From contig CM052816.1 of NCBI GenBank assembly GCA_028534125.1, positions 47,990,001-48,054,000 of the forward strand: 64,000 nucleotides of DNA, in the 5' to 3' direction. Position 1 is the stretch's first letter; each line of letters begins with the position of its first letter. Of the stretch, positions 13,601-23,840 are shown in pieces. Made by a program: the position numbers and the translations under genes. The notes beneath the pieces were generated by a model. It saw nothing but the letters and a program-made list of their open reading frames with translations. It was not told where the DNA came from and ran no database searches. The DNA comes from Lama glama. Taxonomy: Eukaryota.

Positions 13601-14361
13601 ATACCCCCATGACTCCAAGCATTTTATGACATAGCTATCGTTGAAGTATTTGCTGAACAGCTGATTAAAACTATAGCTAGACTTAAGTAATTGAAAATAC
13701 CAAATTATAACTGCAGAATGGCTTTGGGATTAACTTGGAACAACTAACAATATCTATTTTAATTCCTCAATCTCACTTGTTTTTCAACCGAGTTGAACAT
13801 TCTACTTTAATCTTCACAACTACCCTAAGATAGTTACCCTGATCTATGAGGACACTGAGGCAGAGATCATCTCTCCTTGAAGCCAAAAATGGTCAATCTT
13901 GGCTTTGAATTCAAGCAAGTATTAGTCCTAAATTCATATTCTTAACTCCTCTTGTACTGCTTCTCTGGCAAATTGTGGGATATTTTGATTTTTCCCCTTA
14001 GGGTGGCCAAAGCTTAATTATGGAAACAATACTGATTTCTCTTTAAAATGATTCATTCCTAGGTTCTGGGCCCCTGTGAAAATCTCTGTTCAGGTATTCT
14101 AGTCAGGGAAGCCTGTGTTAAGGTACACGTTACTTGGCCTAGCTGTTTCACTCAAATGTGTGTAATTTTTTTCCAAGAGAATCTGGGTTTCTATGGGAAT
14201 CTCACGGTTTTAAGTGCTGACATGAATTTTAAAAAATACCACAGAATCTTAAGTTTTTTTAGTTTTATGTATATATTTTCCTCCCTACACTGGTTTTTAA
14301 AAATTCAAGCAACACCTAAAAAAAAAGTTACACTGGATGGAGTCACATGCTTATTTGAAAT

Positions 14362-14755
14362 TGTGATGGTTAATTTTATGTATCAAGTTGGCTGGGCCAC
14401 TGTGTCCAGGTATTTGGCCAAACATTACTCTGGATATTTCTGTGAAGGTGGTTTTTATTTATTTTTTTTTTAAATGAGATAACCATTTAAATAGACCAAG
14501 TTTCAGTAAGGCTTATTATTCTCCATCATCTGGGTGAGCCCCATTCAATCAGTTGAAAGCACAGAACAGGACCGATTTCTTCAGAAGAGGAAATTCTGCC
14601 AGCAGACTGGAACTGCAACTCTTCCCTGGGTCTTCTTCAGCCTTCACTCTACCCCATCAGATTTTTGACCTGTCAAACTTCCACAACTGCACAAACCAAT
14701 TCTTAAAATAAATCTCTCCATAGACACATCCTGATGGTTTTTCTCTGGAGACCTC
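14362..14755 (+). mobile_element. MLT2 (ERVL) solo LTR
   Basis: tgtgatggttaattttatgtatcaa..aaacattactctggatatttctgtgaagg..aattcttaaaataaatctct. Confidence 0.85.
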
Positions 14756-16119
14756 CCCCTGCCTGGCCAGTATCAAAACTAAAAAGTTGTCTGGCCTCTG
14801 CCACTCAATATACTTATATTCTAAGAGCAGGCCTGCTGAAGCTCTTTTATGCGGATGGGGCAAACCGTATTCCTGTCCCAGGATAGGCAAGGGAGGTTTT
14901 TCTCATTCATGTACACTCAAATATTTTAACTCAGAAAGACAAATTCAATAAATGACATTTTCTACCTAGACTCGCTATACAGTACTGTTACTTTTGACTC
15001 TTGATATATTTTAAATCAGGGAAAAAGTAATTCATTTCAGACTTGCCAGAACTTAGAATGCTTCTATATAGCTCAAGGAATCCCAAAATAATCGGATGGA
15101 GGTGTAATCCCCATTTCCTCCAAGAAAACCCTTTATTTGTAATTTAGCAAAGATTTGAACCAAGCACTCAAAATCATTTTACAAACCCTAAACTCTTAAC
15201 TTTGGCTTCTAGTTCCCACAGGTAGAAATCCTTAATGTTCTACAGAAAAACTCTCCAAGCACAGGATAACATGAGTCATCAATAATCAACCCCTCCCTCA
15301 CCAAAAAGCAAAATACACAAATACACGGAATAGTTGGACAAAGTAACTGAGACTAAATCGCATCCATATTTAAGTAGTTACCAGATGGTTACTGAAAAGC
15401 TGGAAGATAGATATTCCAAGTGACCAAACTAGGGTTAAAATATTCAGTAGCTAATTGCTTTCCCCTACCCTAATATAAAGCCCTAGGATCTAAGTCACTA
15501 CATTTTAAGTTGTAAACAGCATTTCACTTCTCAAACTGTAAATTTCATTCACTGATATAGTTACTAATCAGAGTCAACCTTTAAACCATTTCTACTGGTC
15601 AAAGCTCCAGAATAAACTGAGAATAGCTTCAATATTGTCTCACATGCTATTATATTCCATGTTCCAATATATTTCAAATATTCTACTTTCTTTCAGTCTA
15701 AACAAAAATAATTGCTCAGTACCACATTGATCAAAGAAATTTTAATTTTAGAGTACGTGTCTAGAGGAAACAAATGAAGCTCTTGAACTTAAATCTGTAC
15801 ACACTACTGGTTTTCCTAATGATTAACTTAACCACTCCTGGAGGGAAAAACAGATTTATTCCTTCAAAGTATGGAAGACCAAAAGTCTTTTTTCTCCCTT
15901 TAAAGAAAAAAAAAATTATAGGACAAAGTTTGTATTCCTCTTTTACAACAAATTATCAACAAATTCCTGCCCTAGGCATCAAAAATTAAAATTTAGAATA
16001 TAAGACCAAGAAACTAGCTAACTCATGTACCTAATCAAGAAACTAATAATGGAAGATTACCCAAATAAAAAGCACACGCTCAATGATTATCATGTTCCAT
16101 ATTTCAGAGAAGAGGCATT

Positions 16120-16231
16120 AAGGATTTATGCCATTAGTTTATTTATAAAACATATCTAGTACGTTGAGTTCCAAGAGTTTGATCCTTTTTTTTTTCAGAG
16201 ATTGCACCTCTTAAAATGCTCCTCTTCCTAT
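16120..16231 (-). other. COX7C: COX7C exon 3 (non-coding, 3' UTR)
   Basis: Acceptor TTTTTATTCACAG|ATAGG at 16232/16231, followed by AATAAA. The 3' end is approximate. Confidence 0.8.
16138..16143 (-). terminator. COX7C polyadenylation signal AATAAA
   Basis: Plus-strand tttatt at 16138-16143, with a GU/U-rich tract (GCGTGTGCTTTTTATTTGGG) further downstream near 16061-16079. Confidence 0.8.
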
Positions 16232-16330
16232 CTGTGAATAAAAATATAAAAAGTTAATATTAAAAATCAGATTCATTTAACAGAAATCATGTAGTTTCAT
16301 TAATGTATTGTCTGTCCATCAGCTTATGGC

Positions 16331-16398
16331 TGGTACATCAGAAAGCGTTTACAGTATCATGATTTTATTCATACTGATTTGCTTCATCATATGCACCA
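16331..16398 (-). ncRNA. SNORD138: Intronic box C/D snoRNA SNORD138 (locus earlier annotated MIR3607)
   Basis: Minus strand reads TGGTGCAT-ATGATGA(box C, 16390-16384)-AGCAAATCAGTATGAATAAAATCATGATACTGTAAACGCTTT-CTGA(box D, 16341-16338)-TGTACCA. Terminal stem TGGTGCA/TGTACCA. Sequence and position in COX7C intron 2 match my recollection of the human locus. Confidence 0.92.
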
Positions 16399-16659
16399 AA
16401 ATCTTCAAGTAATGGCCTGGATAAACCATTTCCCTTCTAAACTATGACAAGTAAAGTCTTTCTTTTCCAAACTCTATTTTGGAATTTATTCCAATAATCC
16501 CACATTCCTGTAGTGTTGCTTTTGATGAAAATTCTGACTACAATTAAACTAAATAAATCCTTTCTTCTCACTCAGGCAATCTGTAAATCTTGCATATATA
16601 CGAACACATACTGCCCTCAAGACAGATTAACAATCAGTTTCCTAGAACTTTACCTGGTC

Positions 16660-16855
16660 AAGAACCTAAGCTCTGGAACAAGACTGCCTGGGTAAAAATC
16701 CTGGGCTGCCATCACTAGCTATGGGATACTGGCTAACTTAACACTTTTGTGTCTCAGATCAGGTTAATACCATCCACCTGACAGTCCTGCCTGGTAGCTA
16801 ACACGAGCTTATTAATGTAAAGCATGCCTGACAAATACTAGTACTTAATAAACAC
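16660..16855 (+). mobile_element. MIR SINE in COX7C intron 2
   Basis: gctctggaacaagactgcctgggt..aatcctg..cactagctatg..tgtgtctcag, with a MIR-like tail. Confidence 0.7.
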
Positions 16856-17060
16856 TGACTTTCAGGCAAAGAAATATTTGTTTATAGGTTTGATGTGTCT
16901 CCCAATGCCACACCTACACTTAATTTCAGGAATCACAACAACACACAACAATGTATTCGTGATTTTTTTTTAGGGGGAGGGGATAGGGAAAAAGAAAGGA
17001 ATAAAAGGGAAAGCACTGAAAAAACTAGAAATCCATTTAATTAATTACCTGTTTCCTGGA

Positions 17061-17177
17061 TTATTTTTTAAGCAGTTGATGTCTTACTATAAAGAAAGGT
17101 GCAGCAAATCCAGAACCAAAGTACAAAGTCATCATAACTAGTAACCGCCACTTATTTTCCACCGAAAATGGTAAATT
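17061..17177 (-). CDS. COX7C: COX7C coding exon 2 (transmembrane helix, C-terminus and stop)
   Basis: Acceptor TTTTCTCCAACAG|AAT at 17178/17177. 117 nt encode [38 protein letters not shown], giving 63 aa in total. The exon continues 12 nt to donor CAG|GTAATT at 17049/17048. Confidence 0.98.
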   Translation of the reverse strand, partial: NLPFSVENKWRLLVMMTLYFGSGFAAPFFIVRHQLLKK

Positions 17178-17949
17178 CTGTTGGAGAAAAAAAGAGAAGC
17201 AACAAAAACTGAACTTCAAATCATCTAATTTTATAAATCAAAAGTGCACATGAAATGTTATTTTTTAAATAACCAGGTTATATATGCCATGTATCATTAT
17301 ATCTTCTAAAATATTATCTTTCAAACCCTGTGTCTTCATCATACGAAACACCAGAAGGCAAAAAAAAAAACAACCTGATTTTCACTCTTCAGCTCTACCC
17401 CTCTACACCTTTTCTCGGTCCATTTATACTAGGCCTTACGCAACCCTGGGAGGTTGTCACTGCTAACTACCCGAGTTAAGCTATTTATATTTGAGGCTAA
17501 ATCCCACTTCAACCAAGTAAGATGAATACTTCTAATTTAGTCAACTAGCTGGAGAAGACAAGACCCACAGGACAGGCCCTAATAACCTTGAATTTTCAGT
17601 GACCTTCATTTCGACTCGGGTGACCTCCAGCTACTCTTTAAGCCACAATTCCTGCAGCCAGGGGCTCCAAGGCCCTCCAGATCCTGAAGAGAGGGATGGG
17701 GAGCGAGGGAGGGATGGGGAAGCGCTGGGACTAGGTAAGGCCTCTCGCTTTACCTACTCATTCCTTTCCACGGATACGCGCACAGCCAGGGTCCTAAGCT
17801 TTCTCCCTGGTCCCGGGGGGAAGTGGAATGCCAGTAGGCACCCCAGCCCAAATTCCCGGCTTCCCAGTTCCCTCTCTACTGCCCAGAAATTCAGTCAGTC
17901 TCGGCCAAAGGCCCCCTACTCAACGACGCCAGGCCCCTTCCATACTAAC

Positions 17950-18024
17950 CTTCCCCGGACCCTCCTCATAGTGGCTTCTTCGGACCACAGAGGTTGTGAA
18001 CCTCCGAATGCTCTGTCCCAACAT
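17950..18024 (-). CDS. COX7C: COX7C coding exon 1 (mitochondrial presequence plus start of mature chain)
   Basis: ATG at 18024-18022; 75 nt encode [25 protein letters not shown], the recognisable COX7C N-terminus. Phase-0 donor AAG|GTTAGT at 17950/17949. Confidence 0.98.
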
Positions 18025-18058
18025 AGCGCTGTTGGAAACTCTGCGAAAGGCGCAGAGA

Positions 18059-18071
18059 CGGAAGGCGGAAG
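18059..18071 (+). promoter_or_regulatory. Tandem ETS/GABP (NRF-2)-like CGGAAG cores
   Basis: cggaag-g-cggaag adjacent to the YY1 site. GABP sites are typical of nuclear-encoded COX subunit promoters. Confidence 0.55.
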
Positions 18072-18081
18072 AAATGGCGGC
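18072..18081 (-). promoter_or_regulatory. YY1 site GCCGCCATTT
   Basis: Plus-strand aaatggcggc matches the YY1 consensus, positioned near or downstream of the TSS as is typical. Confidence 0.75.
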
Positions 18082-18202
18082 AGCACACCAACAGCTTCTC
18101 TCCCCGCGACCTTGTTCCTCTCTGGGCGCTAACCGAAAGGAAAGATGGGAAATGGGGCCGAGCTCTCGGAAAACGCGGCGAAGCGGCGATCTCCGAGGAT
18201 TG

Positions 18203-18215
18203 TGGGAATTGTAGT
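18203..18215 (-). promoter_or_regulatory. ZNF143/THAP11-type motif ACTACAATTCCCA
   Basis: Plus-strand tgggaattgtagt, an exact match to ACTACANNTCCCA. Confidence 0.85.
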
Positions 18216-18252
18216 TCAGAACACAAGGTGTCTGGTGGGTCCTGAAGGATTG

Positions 18253-18265
18253 TGGGAAATGTAGT
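18253..18265 (-). promoter_or_regulatory. Second ZNF143/THAP11-type motif ACTACATTTCCCA
   Basis: Plus-strand tgggaaatgtagt, 50 bp from the first copy in the same orientation. Confidence 0.85.
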
Positions 18266-18439
18266 CTCGGGCCAGGTTCCTGGAGGATCAAAAGCTACTT
18301 ACTAGCAGTGTTTCTTTTAGACCTGAGTTCTTATCGAGTTCTTGTCAGGTTTCTTGGGGCCCGTTTCTAGAACGCTTTTTCAGAAATTAGCGAAGCAGTT
18401 TCACCCCGTGTGCTTTAGTTTATGGAACAGAAAAATAAA

Positions 18440-18750
18440 CCTCTTCCTTTTCTTTTTGTGCGACTGTATGTTAAGTGCCTGTAATTTGCAGTACTATTCT
18501 GCCGGCGCTAAGAGATCTGAACTCATGAGACAGAAGCAAAGCGTAAGCACAAGTAACCCAACAATATACAGTACAAAGGTTGTCAGAGAGAAAACTGAAT
18601 TGAAGTGTGAAGGGAAGGATTCCTGGAGCTATAGGGACCTGAAAAGAACAGAAGTAGCACAGAGGGAAGAGAAAACTCAAGGCCAGTATGAGTATGGTAT
18701 ATTGGCAGTGTGGAAGAGAAAGCAGCCTGTGATATGCGGGGCCAGCCTCG
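18440..18750 (-). mobile_element. L2 fragment
   Basis: ttaagtgcctgt start and a degenerate purine-rich L2-like body. Confidence 0.4.
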
Positions 18751-18761
18751 ACTAGGAATTG

Positions 18762-19170
18762 GTGTTCCCCTGCTGAACCTAAACAATTTCACAAAACATG
18801 AACATCAGAGTTACTCTAATTAGTGATGGATCAAGAAAATAACATCACTCTATTGTATCTGAACATAAACAAAATAGAACATTGTTCAAGTTACAAAAAT
18901 GACCAAACATCACCATATCCAGTAGATTTGATGACTTCTGCTTCTTTACCAAATATAACCTTAACCTTCGATTAGTCTTTTTTCCTCCTAAGTGAGACTT
19001 AGTAGTAAGATAGCAGAAATCACTGAAAACAAGCCCAAATCCTGTAAGTCCTAACATCTTACTGAGATTCCCAGGGTTCCTCAGGGTATTTGGTCTCCCT
19101 TACAGTAAAGAGTAATAAACTCTGTTCAGTCATATATTCCTGGTGGTCTTTGACTAGTTGGTATTGGGAA
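18762..19170 (+). mobile_element. ERV1-class solo LTR (MER90/MER110-like)
   Basis: gatggatcaaga..acaaaaatgaccaaacatc..aagcccaaatcct..aataaac..ttcctggtggtcttt. Confidence 0.6.
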
Positions 19171-19799
19171 GAAACAGGTGATAAATGAGGCGGGGATAGT
19201 AGTATTAGGTTAGATTAAAAAGGGCCCTGCTAACCTAACTTGTATGTTATTCATCTGTGGGAGAGCATACATTGCTTCAGATGGCTCATTTATACAGCAG
19301 GAATAAATACAGCCAAGTAAGATCTAAATCTTGCTTTGAAAACTCAGTATAAAGTGTATGTATCTTTCTTTAGCTTTTGAAAGAGAAAAGCTATCTTTCA
19401 CACCAACCAAATACAAAAACTTTAAAAAAAAGAGTAAGTTTTATTTTTACAGGTAAGTTCTAATTGAGTAGAGATGCATGTAATGCAAAATGAGTGTTCT
19501 CCTAATTGACAGAGGCTATATGATATTCAATTTTTTTAGAAGTCCCTGTCAGTGTCTTTATATATTAAAGGATTCTGATTTAACTATAATTGGGAAACAT
19601 TTTCACAGTTAATATTTCTGGATTTTCTTTTTCAGTCTAATAATAAGTAATATCCCCTGTATATTTGGTTCATTGTTACTTCTAATTCACATTAATTGAT
19701 TCTTTTTGTGTATCTGGCTTTCAGCTAACTCCAAAGGAAACTCCAGAAGAGATTCTAGCATATGGCTTTGAAGTCATCTGCCTCCTCATGAGGGGCCCT

Positions 19800-20317
19800 G
19801 TGGCAAATTAAAGATCATAGCAAATTCTTTTCATCAAGCTGTAGGGTCTATGCCTTTTCTCCCTGAATCTGGATGGACTTTCTGTGGTTATTTTGATTAA
19901 GAGACTTTGGCATTAGTGCTGCTGTGTCAGTGTCTTGCCCAGGCCTTACGACATTGGCAGCTTCCTTTTCTGTCTTTTGGAAGATTTGCCTTTGCAACTC
20001 TGAGCTTTCATGTAAGAGGTTTGACTACTTTGCTGGAGAAGCCTTCTGGAGAGTTCCCAAGAATCCACCTGAAGGAAGTGGGAGGGTCACCTCAGGAGTC
20101 AGATATGTGACTGAAGCTATCTTGGACTCTCTGTTCAGTCCAGCTACCAGCAGAACATCATGGAGGGACCCTAGTCAATGCTGTATAAAGAGGAGTTGCC
20201 CAGTTTAGCCCTGCCCCAAATGCTGATCTACAGATTTGTGAGAAATAATTAAATGGCTATTCTTTAAAGCCATAAAGATTGGGGTAGTTTGTTATGCAAT
20301 GGTTAATAACTGGAACA
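19800..20317 (+). mobile_element. MLT1 (G/H-like) MaLR LTR
   Basis: tgtggcaaattaaagat..ggggtagtttgttatgcaatggttaataactggaaca. Confidence 0.8.
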
Positions 20318-20863
20318 AAAAGAAATAACACAGCTGCTTTATTTAGGGAAATCATGTGAGAAGAACACAGTTTCTCACCAGTAGTCCATATACTTGGGAA
20401 TTTGGCTGTGTCATTTAAAATATTTCTCTTAGCTTAATACATATTTTCTCTTAAATCACACTTCTGTGATATTTCTCCAACTCTAATGAAGATGAGTTGT
20501 GCTAGACTGACCAAAACATTGAAAGACCATATGATGGTGTTGTAGCAGTTGGCATACTCTGGGGAGTGCTAGACACTCTCAGAAATGCATTTTGCAGCTT
20601 TTTGATGCTCTAGATAAGTTAGGAGGTAAATTGGGACAGCATTGAAGGTGACTGAGATCACTTATTCCTTGAATGATTATAGACCTTTGTATTAATGGCT
20701 AGATATCCATAGATCACGTTCTTGATAATTATTTAAAAATATTTTCTAAAGAATGTTTTTGTCCAAAGACCAAATTGAACATGAAGAAAAATTTTATATT
20801 AGTTTCCGTGCTGTTTTCTTAATTGATAATTATTACAATTTTTTAAAGAATATGATTGATTAC

Positions 20864-21070
20864 TTTTTTATTGTAGTCAATTTATAATTTTGTGTCAATT
20901 TCTGGTGTACAGCATAATAGTTCAGTCACTATATATATATATATATACACACACATATATTCATTTTCATATTCTTTTTCATTATAGGTTACTTACAAGA
21001 TATTGAATATAGTCCCCTGTGCTATTACATTATAAACTTGTTATTTATCTATTTTATATATAGCAGTTAG
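20864..21070 (-). mobile_element. Short L1 3' end (cetartiodactyl/camelid-type)
   Basis: tgtgtcaatttctggtgtacagcat..attgaatatagtcccctgtgcta. Similar to 54597-54825 and to the 3' end of the 49.7-51.9 kb L1. Confidence 0.8.
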
Positions 21071-21187
21071 TTAAATAATTAGCATACCCTGAGTTTAGGG
21101 ATTCTATGTTAATCTTGTTTCCTAATTTCAGTAGAAAGGGAAGAAGTTGAAAGAAATTTGGCAATATTCCATTTCTGAATAGGTAGT

Positions 21188-21772
21188 GTGGTAAATTAAA
21201 GATGGCCACAATTTCTTTGTAACTCTTACCATTATGAGGTGAGGTCTGACTCCCCTTCTCTTGATCTTAGTGACCTCCCTGACCAATAGAATGTAGTAGA
21301 CATTCTGAGACTTCTGAGGCTGGCTTATCAAAAGTCTTAACCATTTCCATTCTGATAACTTGAAATGTTTTCTTGGGAGAAGCCAGCAATCATGTCAGAA
21401 GTCTATTCTGATACTGCCTGGAAAAACGAGGAAGCCCAAGCTAACCATTTGGGGAAACCACAGAGAAGTGAGAGGGAAGGAAGAAGGAGAGGGTTAAGGG
21501 GAAGTGAGGAAAGGAGGTGCGTGGGAAAAATATGCCAGACCAGCCCCCAGCTCTCCCTTCCATTCCTCAGCCCAGGCACCAGATGAGTAAGTAAAGAAGC
21601 CTTCAGTTAACTCCAGCTACAATCATGATTTGCCTACACATTTAAGAGGTATGGTAAACAAGAACTGCCCAGCTAAACCCATCAGCTTCCAGAACTATAA
21701 GACAAAATAATAAATTGTTTTAAACCGCTAAGTTTTGGAGTAGTTTATTATAAAGGAGTAGGAACCTGGAGC
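21188..21772 (+). mobile_element. MLT1 (F/G-like) MaLR LTR
   Basis: tgtggtaaattaaagatggccaca..aataaattgttttaaaccgctaagttttggagtagttt. Confidence 0.8.
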
Positions 21773-22469
21773 GGGTATCATGAACAAGTTCTTGTACATG
21801 TAGTGTAACAATCTAAATTGAGTCTTAATAGCTGTCAAGAAAAATGTGACTCATCCTTGAGAAGCTTTTGATTTAGTATGATACTCATTTGCTATAAAAT
21901 GAATTTTAAGACAAATGAGACATTTTATGGATTGAAACAAAATAGAAAAGATCTTTAGGGACATGAAGTTTAATCCAAAGTTATATTTTTTAAAAAAAAC
22001 CAGTTATTTTAAATAGTGAATAGGATGGATATTATAGAGTAAGCAATGTGCTTTCTAAACCCACATGAGTCTTTGGAGACTAAAATTACATTATATAGAA
22101 CAGTATTTCTAAAAATTAAAGTACAATATTTGTCATTTCTCCCAATAGATACTATATTAGATTTTTAAGAATTAGGTTAGAGTTTATTTAAAAATAAATT
22201 GTTTAGCGAAGAAATTATATGTTTCTATCCTACACTGAAAAACTCAAATTAACAAACTTCTTTTGGTTTTAAATTTTAGAATTTCCTGCTACTATAGAGT
22301 TAAAGTCAGAATGCAGGGTTAACTTTTATTTGAAATTTTACTTGTAGAGGGGAAAAAATACCTGGTTTTAGGAAAGGAGAAAATGTGATTTCAGTGAGGC
22401 AGTTAGGGTTGGAAATTCTGCCAGCCTGCTGAACGATTTAGTGATGACCAACTGGAAGAAAAGTTTCTG

Positions 22470-22518
22470 CAAAAACAAGCAAACCAAAACCAAAACCAAA
22501 AACCAAAACAAAACAAAA
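22470..22518. repeat. (CAAAA/CCAAAA)n microsatellite
   Basis: Direct reading. Confidence 0.85.
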
Positions 22519-23469
22519 TTAAAAAAAATTTACTTGATCAAGCTGTATATTTTACTCTTCATCTCGTTTTAGTACTTTTGAATACTTTTTTCCTTAAAAG
22601 CATTTACTGTTTTATATTCCAACTTTATTGCTTAATCTCAATGAAGGTTTAAGGATGATTCACTTTTTTTAGATTAATTTGTAATTTAATTATTTGTCAT
22701 TGAGAATTGCCAAGTATAGGTAGGTACATTTTTACAAGGTGAATATAGAAACTAACATTTCTCAATTTGAAAATCACTGATTGTAGATATATTTATGTTC
22801 TATTTCCTTCTTAATTTGCAATGGTACTTGGTATCATTGCTTTGACCTCTTCACATTACTCAATTAAGTTATACCCTCACTGAACAGCATTTAAAACTGT
22901 TTCATTGTCCCTGAATTGTACTCAGCATCTTCTTACCACTTTGTACTAAGGGATCTCATAAATAAGAGACTTATGAAACTCATTGCTATGTTTACTGGGA
23001 GGATTTTTTTTCTTTGAGGCTATGTTTCAATATATTTCATGGTGTCATTTTTATGAGGACCCACAGGAGAAATTTCTCTCTGGTCTTAGAACTAAAATAA
23101 ACATGCTTCTCGTGAGTAGCTGATTTGTTTTTGCCTTATGAGTGCTGTGAAAAACGAACTTCATTGTGATTTTCTCCTTATACTGATTCTTAGAAATGTG
23201 TGACCCACCTTCAGTGGACACTATGGATGTATTTTGTCTACTTTAGTCCTGTCTCCATCTTTTCTTAATTTAGCTTTGCTTCACTTTTCTCCCCAATTTT
23301 ATTTTATCTTGTGTCTTTATGTATATGTGTCTTTGTTCTGTACCTCAAATGTTTTCTGGAACAATATTAACATGTAAATAAACTAATAAATCATAAATTC
23401 TCCTCACACAGAGAATTGTTATAAGATTACTTTAGCCATTTTTCTCTTTGCTTTATGGAGCCTGTGCTA

Positions 23470-23840
23470 AGCTAATTAAAGCTAGCTAATGTAACAATCC
23501 CCATGGTTTAACACAATATTTATTTCTCACTTATGTCACGATGGACTCAGATGTTCAGCATGCAATCTTCCACCTGGTCATTCGAGTACCATCATCTTCA
23601 TGGGCCTCCACTCAGTCGTCTGAATTGACGCTGCCTGCCACCATGCTACGAAGGGAAAGGCAGAGGCTCACACAGGGGCCAGGTCAGGAGGTGGCATGCA
23701 CTACTTGTGCCTGTATTCTACTATCTAGACCAATCCCAAGCTACCACCAGTATCCAAACCAATCATATGCTATGCAGATTTCTGTGTGTCTGAGAGGAAA
23801 TTGGAAATTGTTTGGTTGAACACATAGCATCTCCTTCACA
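23470..23840 (-). mobile_element. Old MLT1 (J/K-like) LTR
   Basis: gtaacaatccccatggtttaacacaa..tttatttctcactta..tttggttgaacacatagca. Confidence 0.6.

Larger units (their letters stand above)
16120..18145 (-). other. COX7C: COX7C gene span (3 exons; transcript ends approximate)
   Basis: Two coding exons and a 3' UTR exon joined by GT-AG introns, a CpG island at the 5' end and AATAAA at the 3' end. The TSS and cleavage site are inferred. Confidence 0.93.
17750..18275. promoter_or_regulatory. CpG island / COX7C promoter
   Basis: The only GC- and CpG-dense segment in the window; overlaps exon 1; no TATA box evident. Confidence 0.9.

Noticed and set aside
16342..16355. Partial complementarity of the snoRNA guide to U6 or rRNA (AAGCGUU)
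   Set aside because: Only about 7 nt by recollection, short of the 10 or more nt expected for a methylation guide.
17599..18214. Plus-strand ORFs of 177 aa and 72 aa antisense to COX7C
   Set aside because: No recognisable protein; stop-codon depletion is expected in a GC-rich island.
17920..18291. 123-aa minus-strand ORF as an N-terminally extended COX7C
   Set aside because: It starts at a non-ATG codon upstream of the likely TSS and runs into intron 1; only 18024-17950 is real coding sequence.
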